Shown here: in pieces, positions 22,225-33,880 of the stretch | Layout: every line of letters begins with the position of its first letter | Numbering within the stretch: the first letter of the stretch is position 1 | Assembly (NCBI RefSeq): GCF_001447785.1 | Contig: NW_015174878.1 | Coordinates: forward strand, 339,886 to 393,138 | DNA length: 53,253 nt | Direction: 5' to 3' | Source: Gekko japonicus | Lineage: Eukaryota | Made by a program: the position numbers and the translations under genes | The notes under the pieces: model-generated | Databases searched by the model: none | What the model saw: only the letters and a program-made list of their open reading frames with translations | Told to the model about the DNA's origin: nothing

Positions 22225-22668
22225 ATTTTTTTATTTTTATTTTTATTTATTTTATTCGGCTTTTATCCCGCCCTCCCCTGCATAGCAGGCTCAGGGCGGG
22301 TTACATCAATTTTGATAAAATAAAGTCTATACATTCATACAATTAAAACACTAATAAAATACCACCATGGCCTTCATCCAGAGCCGTTGTCATGGACATC
22401 AAAACGTCACAGATGCCAACTCTAATATGCAGATCTGACCCGTTGAGTGGAGGCCCAGTAAAGAGAGAGGAACACCCCTCGCTCTAATTAAAAGCCTGGC
22501 GGAAGAGCTCCGTATTACAGGCCCTGCGGAACTGTAAAAGGTCCCGCAGGGCCCTGATTCTCATATGGGAGCTCATTCCACTCCAGGTGAGGTGGACGTC
22601 CCTGGGGCCAGGGACCATGAGAAGATGTTGATTGGCAGATCGTAAAGCCCTTCAGGTCTCGCAGATAT
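22225..22668 (-). mobile_element. L2-type LINE 3' fragment (related copy ~30290-30750)
   Basis: Stem-loop CCCGCCCT...AGGGCGGG with (TAAA)n tail; interrupts the hammerhead repeat array. Confidence 0.6.
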
Positions 22669-23010
22669 GCTAGACTTTAAGGTGCTCCTGGACTCTTGCT
22701 CTTTTCTACTGCTACAAACAGACTAGCATGGCCATCTTGATCTACCTGAAGAAGAGAGCAGTGACTCACAAAAGCTCATCCCCCACAACAGATTTTTGTT
22801 AATCTTCAAGGTGCTCCTGGACTCTCGTTCTTTTATGCTGCTATAGACCGACTGACATGGCTACCCATCTTGATCTGTCTGAAGAAGTGAGCAGTAAATC
22901 CTGAAAGCTCATCCCCTGCCATAAATTTTGTTGGTCTTGAAGGTGCTCCTGGATTCTTGCTGTTTTCCACTGCTACAGACAGACTAACAAGACTCCCCAT
23001 CTCGATCTAC
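22669..23010 (+). repeat. ~130-bp tandem repeat of Penelope-like terminal repeat with degenerate type I hammerhead ribozyme motifs
   Basis: AAGGTGCTCCTGGA recurs at 22679, 22808 and 22940; CTGAAGA-stem II-(G/A)AAAGCTCA motifs at 22746 and 22879; partial unit at ~22186. Confidence 0.7.
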
Positions 23011-23175
23011 ACATACTGCTGATCTTCATTATGCCAGCTTTCATCCTCTCAATTGTCACATAGGTCAGAAGATTAAAGTTAGGAAAGGATGGGACTGTTA
23101 ACTTTGATACTGTAGCTTAACGGTAGAAGTTCGCCCAATTCCCAAGCAGGAAAAAAAATTCGGAACTTATTTTAA

Positions 23176-23530
23176 GGAGCTGCAGTGGCTCAAGTGGTTA
23201 AGATGCTGAACTGCAGGCTGTGGAAGGTCAGTAGTTCAGCAGTTCGAGACCCGAGTTACCGCATGACGGATTGAGCTACCGTCTCTGGCCCCAGCTCCTG
23301 CCAACCTAGCAGTTCGAAAGCAAGAAATTGCAGGTAGATAAATAGCTACCACTGCGGTGGTTAGGTAACAGCATTCCGTGTGCCTTGGTGTTTAGTCATG
23401 CCGGCCACATGACCACAGAAACGTCTTTGGACAGCGCTGGCTCTTTGGCTTTGAAACGGAGATGAGCACCGCAAGCCTAGAGTCGGATTCGACTGGCTTT
23501 CGAGCAAGGGAACCTTTACCTTTACCTTTA
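23176..23530 (+). mobile_element. Sauria SINE in intron of copy 3
   Basis: Full head to (ACCTTT)3 tail. Confidence 0.88.
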
Positions 23531-23712
23531 GCCAACTTCTCATGACATTAGAGAGAGAAAGAGAGAGAGAGAGAAAGAGAGAGAAGAAAACATTGAAAAG
23601 AAGGAATAAACCAAGGCCACAGGGACCTGTTTTGCAAGATCCAACACATTTTTTAAAAAAAAGTCAAAAAAGGCATTTGAAGATACACTAAGTCGGTCAA
23701 ATTGGAACTTAC

Positions 23713-23751
23713 TTGACTTTCTGAAGACTGAGCAGTTCAGGTGAAGCTGTT
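23713..23751 (-). other. Non-coding exon 1 of copy 3 (TSS approximate)
   Basis: Ends at CAA|GTAAGT donor (intron starts at 23712). Confidence 0.72.
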
Positions 23752-23774
23752 CGAGAGATGAAGATGGACTGTCC

Positions 23775-23781
23775 TTTTATA
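23775..23781 (-). promoter_or_regulatory. TATA box of copy 3
   Basis: TATAAAAGGACAGTCC, homologous to TATAAAAGGACGGTCC of copies 1/2. Confidence 0.85.
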
Positions 23782-24174
23782 CTGTCACCGGGAGACTCTT
23801 TTGCTTATGGCCCATCCTTCCATAAGCCATTTTTTAAAAATAATACTAATTAATTATCAACCCAGTTATGTCACACCATCAGTCACACAGATGCAATGTC
23901 TTAATCACCTTAATTGCCCTCCCTCCCTCCGTCAAGGTTATTATCCTATCAACGGAATCTTAGCATCTAAAACGGGTCAACACCTTCCTGTTCTCTTTCA
24001 TACTAACAAGCTTTTGAATAAGTTGAACACCTACTTCAGAATGTGCAATTTTGGATACCCATTCAGCGTGTTGTTGCACAAGTTCAGGCTGACACGGGAA
24101 ATAATTTAGGAGAGTTGTAAATGCCCACTGGTGACCTCTGGCTTCTTGTGGACCATGCTTTGAACAATGCAACC

Positions 24175-24630
24175 ATAAGAACATAAGAGAAGCCAATGTT
24201 GGATCAAGCCAATGGCCCATCTAGTCCAACACTCTGTCACACAGCGGCCAAAAATACCAGGTGCCATCAGGAGGTCCAGCAGTGGGGCCAGGACACTAGA
24301 AGACTTCACACTGTTGCCCCCCCCCAAAGCACCAAGAATACAGAACATTCCTTGCCCCAGACCGAGAGTTCCTTAGAACATAAGGGAAGCCAATGTGGGA
24401 TCAGGCCAATGGCCCATCCAGTCCAACACTCTGTCACACAGTGGCCAAAAATACCAGGTGCCATCTGGAGGTCCAGCAGTGGGGCCAGGACACTAGAAGC
24501 CCTCCCACTGTTGCCCCCCCCAAGCACCAAGAATACAGAGCATCACTTGCCCCAGACCGAGAGTTCCTATCTATACCTTGTGGCTAATAGCCACTGATGG
24601 ACCTCTGCTCCAGATGATTATCTAATTCAT
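24175..24630 (-). mobile_element. CR1 3' end, tandemly duplicated 3'UTR
   Basis: Two ~195-bp units starting with (CATAAGAA)n. Confidence 0.75.
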
Positions 24631-25339
24631 AATTCCCAATGTTACATTTGGTGCATAGACATTTCTTATCCATTTTGATCATAATAGGTATTTCCATGTT
24701 GGAGAATGTAAATTTTGTTTGAGAGTAATTTTGTCCAAGGCTACTATGTAAGATGGGGGACAGAAAGTTTTGACTCAGGTTTTCATTTCCAAAACAGCAA
24801 ACAATGACCTTTCACCAGTGGGACAGACAGCCAAATGTTGCTGGCCAAGGAGTGACATCTCCTTACAACCCATCTACACTGGTTCCCCATTTGATATTAC
24901 AGTATTACGAAGTGAATTCCCTACCTTGTGCAGGGGGTTGGACTAGATGACCCTGGAGGTCCCTTCCAACTCCATGATTCTATGATGTCACCAGTGTTCC
25001 CTCTAAGCTGAGTTAGTGTGAGCTATCTCACAGTTTTTTTAGCCTCCAGCTCACAGATTTTTACCTTAGCTCAGGAAGGATGGCTCCAGAGCAAACTAAT
25101 TTATGCAGCAGCCAAATTGCTTGCTCACAACTTTAATGCCAGTAGCTCACACAGTAGAATTTTTGCTCACAAGACTCCACAGCTTCGAGGGAGGATTGGT
25201 TGTCACATCCAGCTGTGTGGTCATAAGAGATGTCATGCATCAACACAACTCTGTAGCAATCCCCAGAATCTCTAAATCATAGAGATTTTGGGGATGGAGC
25301 AAGCATTGAAGGATGTGTAACATCAGTTCCAGTTACATA

Positions 25340-25965
25340 GGAGAGACTGTGTCTCAGTGGAAGAGCCACTCCTTGGCAGGGGTCATTTTGTAGAAAAAGA
25401 GGTGCAGGAGCTCATTAACACAACTCATTAGCATAACTTATTTGCATATGCCATACCCCTGACATCACTGGAAGTGTGTCTGAAGGCAACACCCACCGCT
25501 CCGGCTCCACTGGACTGTTTTGGATTGGTAGCTAGTGGGGGGGGGGATGTGCAGATCTGTCCTCACAGAGGAGGGAGAGCTTGTACCTGAATAAAACTTG
25601 GTCTTAAAGGTGCCACTGGATTGTTTTGGACTGGGGGGCCAGGGGGGGCTCTGCAACTTACCTGGCTGCTTCTTGCTCTGACTGAGGGCTGCTGGGAGCA
25701 GGGTGTGTGGCTTTTTGCATGTGCCCGCCCCCTGGCCTCTTTACTTCCAGAGCTCTGCTTCTGTGCACTCCTGCAGGAAATGACCCGTGCTCCTTGGGAT
25801 CTGCAGTTGAAAGGACAAGAGGCCCCTCTGCTTGGCATGCGGAAGGTCCCAGGTTCAATCCCCAGCATCTCCAGTTAAAAGGACCAGGCAGGAGGTGATG
25901 GGAAAAATCTCTGCCTGAGACCGTGGAGAGCTGCTGGTAGTCTGAGAAGACAACACTGACTTTAG
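25340..25965 (+). mobile_element. tRNA-derived SINE (Squam2-like) interrupted by a hAT MITE at 25377-25789
   Basis: GGTTCAATCCCC B box; MITE ends CAGGGGTCATTT...AAATGACCCGTG with exact TSD CTCCTTGG. Confidence 0.65.
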
Positions 25966-26332
25966 CTTCTAAGATCTAACGAAGTCAGGCTAGCCTAGGC
26001 CATCCAGAGTATCCTCTCGATTTGCAGATAGGTTTCCAATCTTTTCAGCCTGAATCCTTAACCCATACTAATCTGGAATTAGTTAGTGCCTAACTAATGC
26101 CCAATGGAGCAGATCTATTTCAGTTTCCTCCACCAGCATTATCCAGTCATGGAGATGACAGCTCCCTAATTGGAAATGTGGGTGGGAGAAAGATAAGTAT
26201 TTTCATCTGAAAAGGCTTAAAAAAATATTTTTTTTGCCTCAGTTGCTTAGAAATGACATGCAATATAACATAAGTGATGTCTTAGAAGTGTGAAGTGACA
26301 TTAATCAGCAACTAAGAAGAAGAAGAAGAAGA

Positions 26333-29304
26333 CCCAGTTGAGCTCTGAGCAGGAGCAGGAGACAGAGCTGCTATAGGGGTGAGTGTTTTTTTACTTGCTT
26401 TCAGCTGAGGGGATTCAGCTGAGGATATTGTGCGGGAGGACTGTGTTTGGGAGTGTGTGAAAGTGATTAGAGTTGTTGCAGAATCCTGGCTGATTGAGAG
26501 AGGGAGAGGAAAGGGCATTGTTTGACTGGGATTGACTGTAGTTCAGTATTTAAGAAAGCACCTTGCCAGAGGCACGAGCCTCTGGCGGGGGGCCAAAAGG
26601 AAACTTAACACTGGGAGTTTGTTATCGCCCACCGGATCAAAAGATAGAGGAGGATTATAAAATGATGAATGAATTAAAGATAGCAGCTAGACAAAAACAC
26701 TGTGTCGTAATAGGTGATTTTAACTACCCACACATTGATTGGGTCAATATGTGTTCTAGTCGAGAGAAAGAGATTGAGTTTCTAGACACTCTAAATGACT
26801 GTGCTATGGAGCAGATGGTCATGGAACCTACCAGGGGAGAGGCGATCCTTGATTTGGTCCTAAGTAACACTCAAGACCTGGTGAGAGATGTAAAAGTGAT
26901 TGCACCGCTTGGGAACAGTGATCATAATGTTGTTGAGTTCAACATTTGTACAAATAGGGAATTGGCCAAAAAGACTCACACAACCACTTTTAACTTTAAA
27001 AGGGGTAATTTTTCTGATATGAGGGGACATGTGGGGAGGAAACTGAAGGGAAAAGTAGAAAGGGTCAAAACCATTGGGGAAGCTTGGAAACTGTTTAAAA
27101 CTACAATTCTAGAAGCTCAAATAAAATATATTCCGCAGGTTAGGAAAGGCACAAACAGGTATAAGAAAAAGCCTACATGGTTAACAAACAAAGTAATGGA
27201 AGCTGTAAAAGGTAAAAAGGATTCCTTTAAGCGGTGGAAAGCTAGTCACAGTGAGGCTGATAAAACAGAACACAGGCTATGGCAAATAAAATGCAAGTCT
27301 GTGGTCAGGCATGCAAAAAGGGAATATGAGGAGCATATAGCAAAAAATGTAAAGACCAACAATAAAACTTTCTTCAAATACATTAGAAACAGGAAACCAG
27401 CCAGGGAGGCAGTGGGGCCCTTGGATGACCAAGGGGTAAAAGGAGTACTGAAGGATGATAGGGAAATGGCTGAGAAGCTAAATGCATTTTTTGCCTCCGT
27501 CTTCACTGTGGAAGATGAGAAGTGCTTGCCCACTCCAGAACCACTGATTTCAGGAGGGGTGTTGAAAGACCTGAGTCAGATTGAGGTGACGAGAGAGGAG
27601 GTCCTAAAACTGATAAACAACTTAAAAACTGATAAATCACCAGGCCCAGATGGCATACATCCAAGAGTTCTGAAAGAACTCAATTGTGAACTTGTGGATC
27701 TCCTGACAAAAATATGTAATCTCTCCTTAAAATCAGCCTCCATTCCTGAGGACTGGAAGGTAGCTAATGTCACTCCCATCTTTAAAAAGGGTTCCAGAGG
27801 AGATCCGGGAAATTACAGGCCTGTCAGTCTGACGTCGATACCGGGTAAATTGGTGGAAACCATTATTAAGGAAAGAATTAGTAGGCACATAGATGAACAA
27901 AACCTATTGAGGCAGACTCAACATGGGTTCTGTAAGGGAAGATCTTGTCTCACTAACCTGTTAGTGTTCTTTGAGGGGGTGAACAAACATGTGGACAAGG
28001 GGGATCCAATAGATATTGTTTACCTTGACTTCCAGAAAGCTTTTGATAAAGTTCCTCATCAAAGGCTCCTAAGCAAGCTCAAAAATCATGGGATAAAAGG
28101 ACAAGTCCTTTTATGGATCAAAAACTGGCTAATTAATAGAAAACAGAGAGTGAGTATAAATGGGCAGTTCTCCCAGTGGAGGGGTGTAAGCAGTGGGGTA
28201 CCACAGGGATCAGTACTTGGTCCACTGCTTTTTAACTTGTTCATTAATGATTTGGAGATGGGAGTAAGCAGTGAAGTGGCTAAATTTGCGGATGATACAA
28301 AGTTGTTCGGGGTGGTGAAAACCAGTGAGGATTGTGAGGCACTCCAAAGGGATCTGTCAAAGTTGGGCGAGTGGGCGTCAACATGGCAAATGGGGTTCAA
28401 TGTGGCCAAGTGCAAGGTGATGCACATTGGAGCCAAAAATCCTAAATATAAATACACGTTGATGGGGTCTGAACTGGCAGAGACTGATCAAGAGAGAGAT
28501 CTTGGAGTTGTAGTAGATAACTCACTGAAAATGTCGAGACAGTGTGTGACTGCAATAAAGAAGGCCAATGCTATGCTGGGGATTATTAGGAAGGGTATTG
28601 TAAACAGATCAGCCAATATCATAATGCCGCTATATAAATCAATGGTGCGACCTCATTTGGAATACTGTGTGCAGTTCTGGTCACCACACCTTAAAAAGGA
28701 TATTATAGCTTTGGAAAAAGTGCAGAAAAGGGCAACTCGAATGATAAAAGGGTTGGAACACTTTCCCTATGAGGAAAGGTTAAGGCGCTTAGGGCTCTTT
28801 AGCTTGGAGAAACGACGACTGAGGGGTGACATGATTGAGGTTTATAAGATTATGCATGGGAAGGAGTAGGTTGAGAAAGAGGTACTTTTCTCCCTTTCTC
28901 ACAATACAAGAACTGGTGGGCACGCCATGGAATTGCTGAGCAGTCGGGTTAGAACCAGTAAAAAGAAGTACTTCTTCACCCAAAGAGTGATTAAAACATG
29001 GAATTCACTTCCACAGCAAGTGGTGGCAGCCACAAGCTTGGACGGCTTCAAAAGGGAATTAGATAAGCATATGGAGCAGAGGTCCATCAGTGGCTATTAG
29101 CCACAAGGTATAGATAGGGGCTCTGGGGCAAGTGATGCTCTGTCATCTTGGTGCTTGGGGGGGTCAGCAGTGGGATGGCTTCTAATGTCCTGGCCCCACT
29201 GGTGGACCTCCTGATGGCACTGGTATTTCTGGCCACTGTGTAATACAGAGTGTTGGACTGGATGGGCCTTTGGCCTGATCCAACATTGGCGTCTCTTATG
29301 TTCT
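26333..29304 (+). mobile_element. CR1 LINE, internally deleted (5' segment + most of ORF2 + 3'UTR)
   Basis: 768-aa ORF with endonuclease and RT motifs; 3'UTR ending CTTATGTTCT; GAAGAAGAAGAAGA on both flanks. Confidence 0.92.
26563..28869 (+). pseudogene. CR1 ORF2 (APE endonuclease C-half + reverse transcriptase), N-truncated with a premature TAG
   Basis: GVCYRPP, GDFN, SDH endonuclease motifs; NYRPVSL, LDFQKAFD, GVPQGS, FADD (28285-28296). The sister copy near 47990 has CAG where this copy has TAG. Confidence 0.9.
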
Positions 29305-29588
29305 GAAGAAGAAGAAGAGATTCGATTTATACCCCACCCTTCACTACCCGAAGGAGTCTCAGAGAGGCTTACAAACTCCTTTCCCTTCCCCTCCCCACAA
29401 CAGACACCCTGTGAGGTAGGTGGGGCTGAGAGAGCTCTTGACAGAAACTACTCTTTTTTCAAGAACTGCTCTGACAGGACTATGGCTTGCCCAAGGTCAT
29501 CCAGCCAGGTGCAAGTGGAGGAGTGGGGAATCAAACCTGGTTCTCCCAGGTTAGAGTCCACACATGTAACCGCTACACCAAAGTGGCT
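29305..29588 (-). mobile_element. Squam3-type SINE whose (CTT)n tail was the CR1 target
   Basis: Reverse-complement family sequence directly after the CR1 3' end. Confidence 0.85.
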
Positions 29589-30798
29589 CAGGAACACCAG
29601 TCATGAAAGTGATAAAATAGCAGAGAAGGATCCCAATCCGGGCCACATTATGACTTTTACCTTTGTGGGCCCCACCCCCTTCCTCCATTAAAAATATTTA
29701 AAATTCATTTCCCCCCAATTAGATTTATTTGGTCAATGACCAGCATAGATCGCAAAAGTACAATTTACAGACAAAAGTAGAAAACTCGAACAAAAAAGGA
29801 CCATAATAACCAATATACAGATACAAAATCCAGTTACAAAATTTGCTAAAATCAAAACTCAGTACACAAGGCTTCTTGGAGAATTTTACAAGCCACCACA
29901 AAAAAATTTGCACAATGGACTGTAGTCTGAGGGTTGTCACCCATAAGGAACATCTTTCAAATATCATAGTTGGAATGGCCAGGAAACCTTCTAAGCAATG
30001 GGGAAAAAAATAACTTTAGGTAAATTTCCTGATAAAAACAGCAATCATGCACAATATTTGTTTGTTTGTTTGATTCTTTCCACCTCACCAACTGTGCTGG
30101 TATGAAGACAAATATAACCCAAGCTAGATTCTATTCATCTTTATACCAACACAGTTGAAGTATGTATTATGATTACCAGACCCCCCACCCACAGACCCTT
30201 GTGGGGGGCAGAGGTCCCCCCGCCGCCAGGCACTAAATCCCACTGCCCTGCCACCAATCATTTTTTTGGTTCCTAGGAACTAATTTATTTATATATCTAT
30301 TTATTCAATTTTTATCCCCCCCCCCCCTTTTTTTTTTAAATTTTTTCCCCCCCCCCCCCCCGCTGAAGGCAGGCTCAGGCCGACTTACAACAAAAATTTA
30401 AAAATATATTAAAGCACACATGCTTTTACAATACAGCATCATAAATACAAAACATACCAATTCATCATACAAAAGAAAATAAAATGCGGTTGGCGATGGC
30501 GTCCCGGAGGCCATGATGGAATATGCCCGAAAATGGCCCCCATCAGCATCCGGCATAGCTGGCTATTGATGTCAGTATAAGGGCCTTAACAGTTCAATCA
30601 GCATTGTTGGTGTTGTTGATGTTATTAGTGGTGACTCCTAATTGAAGGCCTGGTGGAAGAGCTCCATTTTACAGGCCCTGCGGAACTGTACATGTCCCTC
30701 AGGGCCCTGATGTCTTCCAGAAGCTCATCCCACCAGTATGGAGCCACCACTTATGCCTTCATGGGCCCCTCCCACCATAATAATAGAAATATTAAAAA

Positions 30799-31125
30799 TA
30801 GGGCTGCCAAGTGGGGGCGGGGGGCGGAGAATCCCTCGCTTTGGAGGCCCAATTTCTGCCGTGGCAGAATCGGGCCCCGGGGGGAACTCCGCCCCCCCCG
30901 AAGCTGCATCACCGGAGGTGACGCAGCCATGTCACTCACGTTGGGGGCGTGGCCCAGATCGTCAGGGGGAAAACCATATGGTTCCCTCCCCGATGATCTG
31001 GCCCACGCCTCCAATGTGAGCGATGTAGCACGTCACTTCCTGTGATGTGCTGGTGGCGTGCGCGCGCGCGAAGTCCTGGGAGAGCTCCCGAAGCTCGGCA
31101 AGTGTGACTACACTTGGCAATCCTG
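30799..31125. mobile_element. GC-rich hAT-type MITE (TAGGG family)
   Basis: TAGGGCTGCCAAGTG...CACTTGGCAATCCTG; 8-bp TSD ATTAAAAA. Confidence 0.8.
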
Positions 31126-31928
31126 ATTAAAAAAATATATTTTTGATATAACTTTAAATAGTTCGACTCCCCCCCCCCCCCCCCCGTTTTAGGCAAAATT
31201 TAATAAATTTTTGTGGGCCCTAAACATTTCCTTTTTTCTGATGCGAGAAAAAAATCATTAAAACATTTTCTTCTACCCTAAAAGTTCATTTCCTCCCCCT
31301 TCTGATTTTGAAAGAAATCAAAACACTTCCACGGGCCCCTAAAAGTACTGTGCCTACTGTGCCTAATGGATAAATTAGCCCTTATCCTAACAACAACAAC
31401 AAAAAGGATTCAATGGTTTGTTTTTGATCTATTCTGATGACTTGTTGACTTGTCTGATTCAGAGGTTAGCAAATTTGGCATTGTGAAACCTGGATGTCAG
31501 CCAGCCCTTGGAAGTGCCAGATCACTACAGTAAATGATCTACTCGCTATCTGGGTGCTTATTTACTCTATCGATCTTGTTTCACCTGTTCAACATCGGCA
31601 ACTGTGTTTCAAGTATGGGTCCCACCCAGCTGATGGGATCTTATATTTGGTTTTGTTTTGGAGTGTGGCAGCCTGTAGTTATCTTTTGCACTGCTCGACC
31701 TTTGGCCCTTCCTTCCTAAACACTTAAATGGTTTTCATCTCTCCTCGGCATTGCCACATGCCCCCCGCCCACACGGGGATTGGCGGCTTTTTTGTCCACA
31801 CGTTATCTGCAGTTTCCGTCATCATCTGTTCCGAAGACTGTCTCCATTGAGGGGCAAAGTATTTTAATTCATAGGGTCAAAGCCCAAATGTAAAATGTTG
31901 ATTTCCTGATGCATAATATCGGGGATTG

Positions 31929-32979
31929 GCAAAGGTCGGCTTGAAACTTAACATCAAAAAACCCAACAACCCTAAGTTCATGGCATCCAGCCCCATCGCT
32001 CCTTGGCAAAATAGAAGGAGAAGTCGTGGGAGCAGTGACAGATTTCATGTTCCTAGGGTCCAAGATCACTGCAGACAGTGACTGCAGCCATGAAATTAAA
32101 AGACACCTGCTCCTTGGGGAGGAAAGCGATGGCAAACCTAGACAGCATAATAAAAAGTAGAGACATCACCCTGCCAACAAATGTCCGTATGGTCAAAGCA
32201 ATGGTATTCCCAGTAGTAATGTATGGCTGCGAGAGTTGGACTATAAGGAAGGCCGAGCACCGAAAAATAGATTCTTTTGAATTATGGAGCTGGAGAAGAC
32301 TCTTGAGAGTCCCCTGGACTGCAAGGAGATCAAATCAGTCCATCCTAAAAGAAATCAACCCTGACTGTTCCCTGGAAGGCCAGATATTGAAGCTGAAGCT
32401 CAAAGACTTTGGGCACCCAATGAGAAGGGAGCACTCACTGGAGAAGACCGTGATGCTGGGAAAGATTGAAGGTCAAAGAAGACGGGGACGGCAAAGGATG
32501 AGGTGGTTAGACAGTGTCATCGAGGCAACGAACATGAAATTAAGCACACTTTGGAGGATGGCGGAAGACAGGAGGGCCTGGCGTGATGTTAGGGTTGCCA
32601 AGTATTACCTTGATCCAGAGCGGGGGACTGTCCCGTGTTGCTCCCAGAGCATGCGTGCCGCATCCACGTCACACGGAAGTGATGCAATCACGCAGGGCAT
32701 GCTGGGGGTGGGGCCATGACAATCTGAGGGAAAGCCATATAGTTTTCCCTCAGTTGGTCATGGTCCCACCCCCAGTGTGCCCCGCATGATCACATCACTT
32801 CCTGGTGATGTGCACGTTGGGGTGGAGCTCCCCCCGGGGCCCAGTCCAGTGATGGCGGGGAACAGGACTCTGGGGCGGGGTTTTCCCCACCCCCAAGGGG
32901 GACTTGGCAAGGCTACATGATGTGGTCCATGGGGTCACAAAGAGTTGGACTCAACTGTGCAACTGAACAACAACAACAA
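31929..32979 (+). mobile_element. BovB (RTE-clade) LINE 3' fragment
   Basis: LGRKAMANLDSIIKSRDITLPT..YGCESWT..LEKTVMLGKIEGQRRRGRQRMRWLD; (CAA)n tail. Confidence 0.9.
32590..32915. mobile_element. hAT-type MITE nested in BovB
   Basis: TAGGGTTGCCAAGT...ACTTGGCAAGGCTA; TSD CGTGATGT/CATGATGT. Confidence 0.82.
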
Positions 32980-33229
32980 TATCGAGGGGGGGATATTGTG
33001 AGTAAGGAACAAATGGCACACAAAGTTTTCCTAGACTTGACTTGCCCTTGAGAGGAGCAAAATCAAAAAGGAAATATTTGAATCAAAGCAGCAGCAAATG
33101 TGTGAAATTGGATCACATGAATTTGATTAAAATTTGATGGCATGAGCAAACTGTTCTAGAGGAGGAAACAGAATACCACCTCCACCGATCATATACAAAA
33201 TATTGTGCCAGAAGAAAAAATTCTTATTT

Positions 33230-33735
33230 TTATTTTTAATCTTCAACATACAAAAAAAAAAACCATAAAAGGGGGGAACTGAATTTCCAATTTTTCAATA
33301 TCATATTGATGCCTGATTTATAATAAATGTATATAGTTCACCTTGTAACAATAACCATATCGCTTGTAAATATATCTTATTTATAGAATAAAGTTCCTTA
33401 ACACAGTTTAAATTACTCTGTTGGTTACCTGGAATATCCTTCAAACCATTAGTAAAATCTTGACCGTGTATTCTCGAATACAGTCTCTGATTGTCCTTTC
33501 AAAGTCAGAGTTAGTTTGTCCATTTCTGCCGTTTCTAACATTTTGTTTAAAAGTTCTTGTCTCGATGGTGTCTCTGTTAATCTCCAATGTTTATCATACA
33601 ATATTCTAGCAGTTGTGGTTAAATACAATATAAGATAAGAGTCATTTTTAATATAATTTTCAGGTAAAATATTCAACAGAAATATTTCTGGTACAAAAGG
33701 TACAGAAGATTTTAAAATGTTGAGCCACAAGAAGA
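33230..33735 (-). mobile_element. L1-type LINE 3' fragment
   Basis: ORF 33449-33730 (TTARILY.KHW...AEMDKLT) resembles an L1 ORF2 C-terminus. Confidence 0.6.
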
Positions 33736-33880
33736 AAATTGATCATCTCCCGGGGCAGTGAAATAGGATGATAGCTGCCTGAATAGCCCAGACAAGCTTG
33801 AGCATGCTGGAACTGATAAGCTAAGTAGTATCATCCATGCTCAATTCTTGGAGAGGAGACAACCAACAAAGACAACAAAG

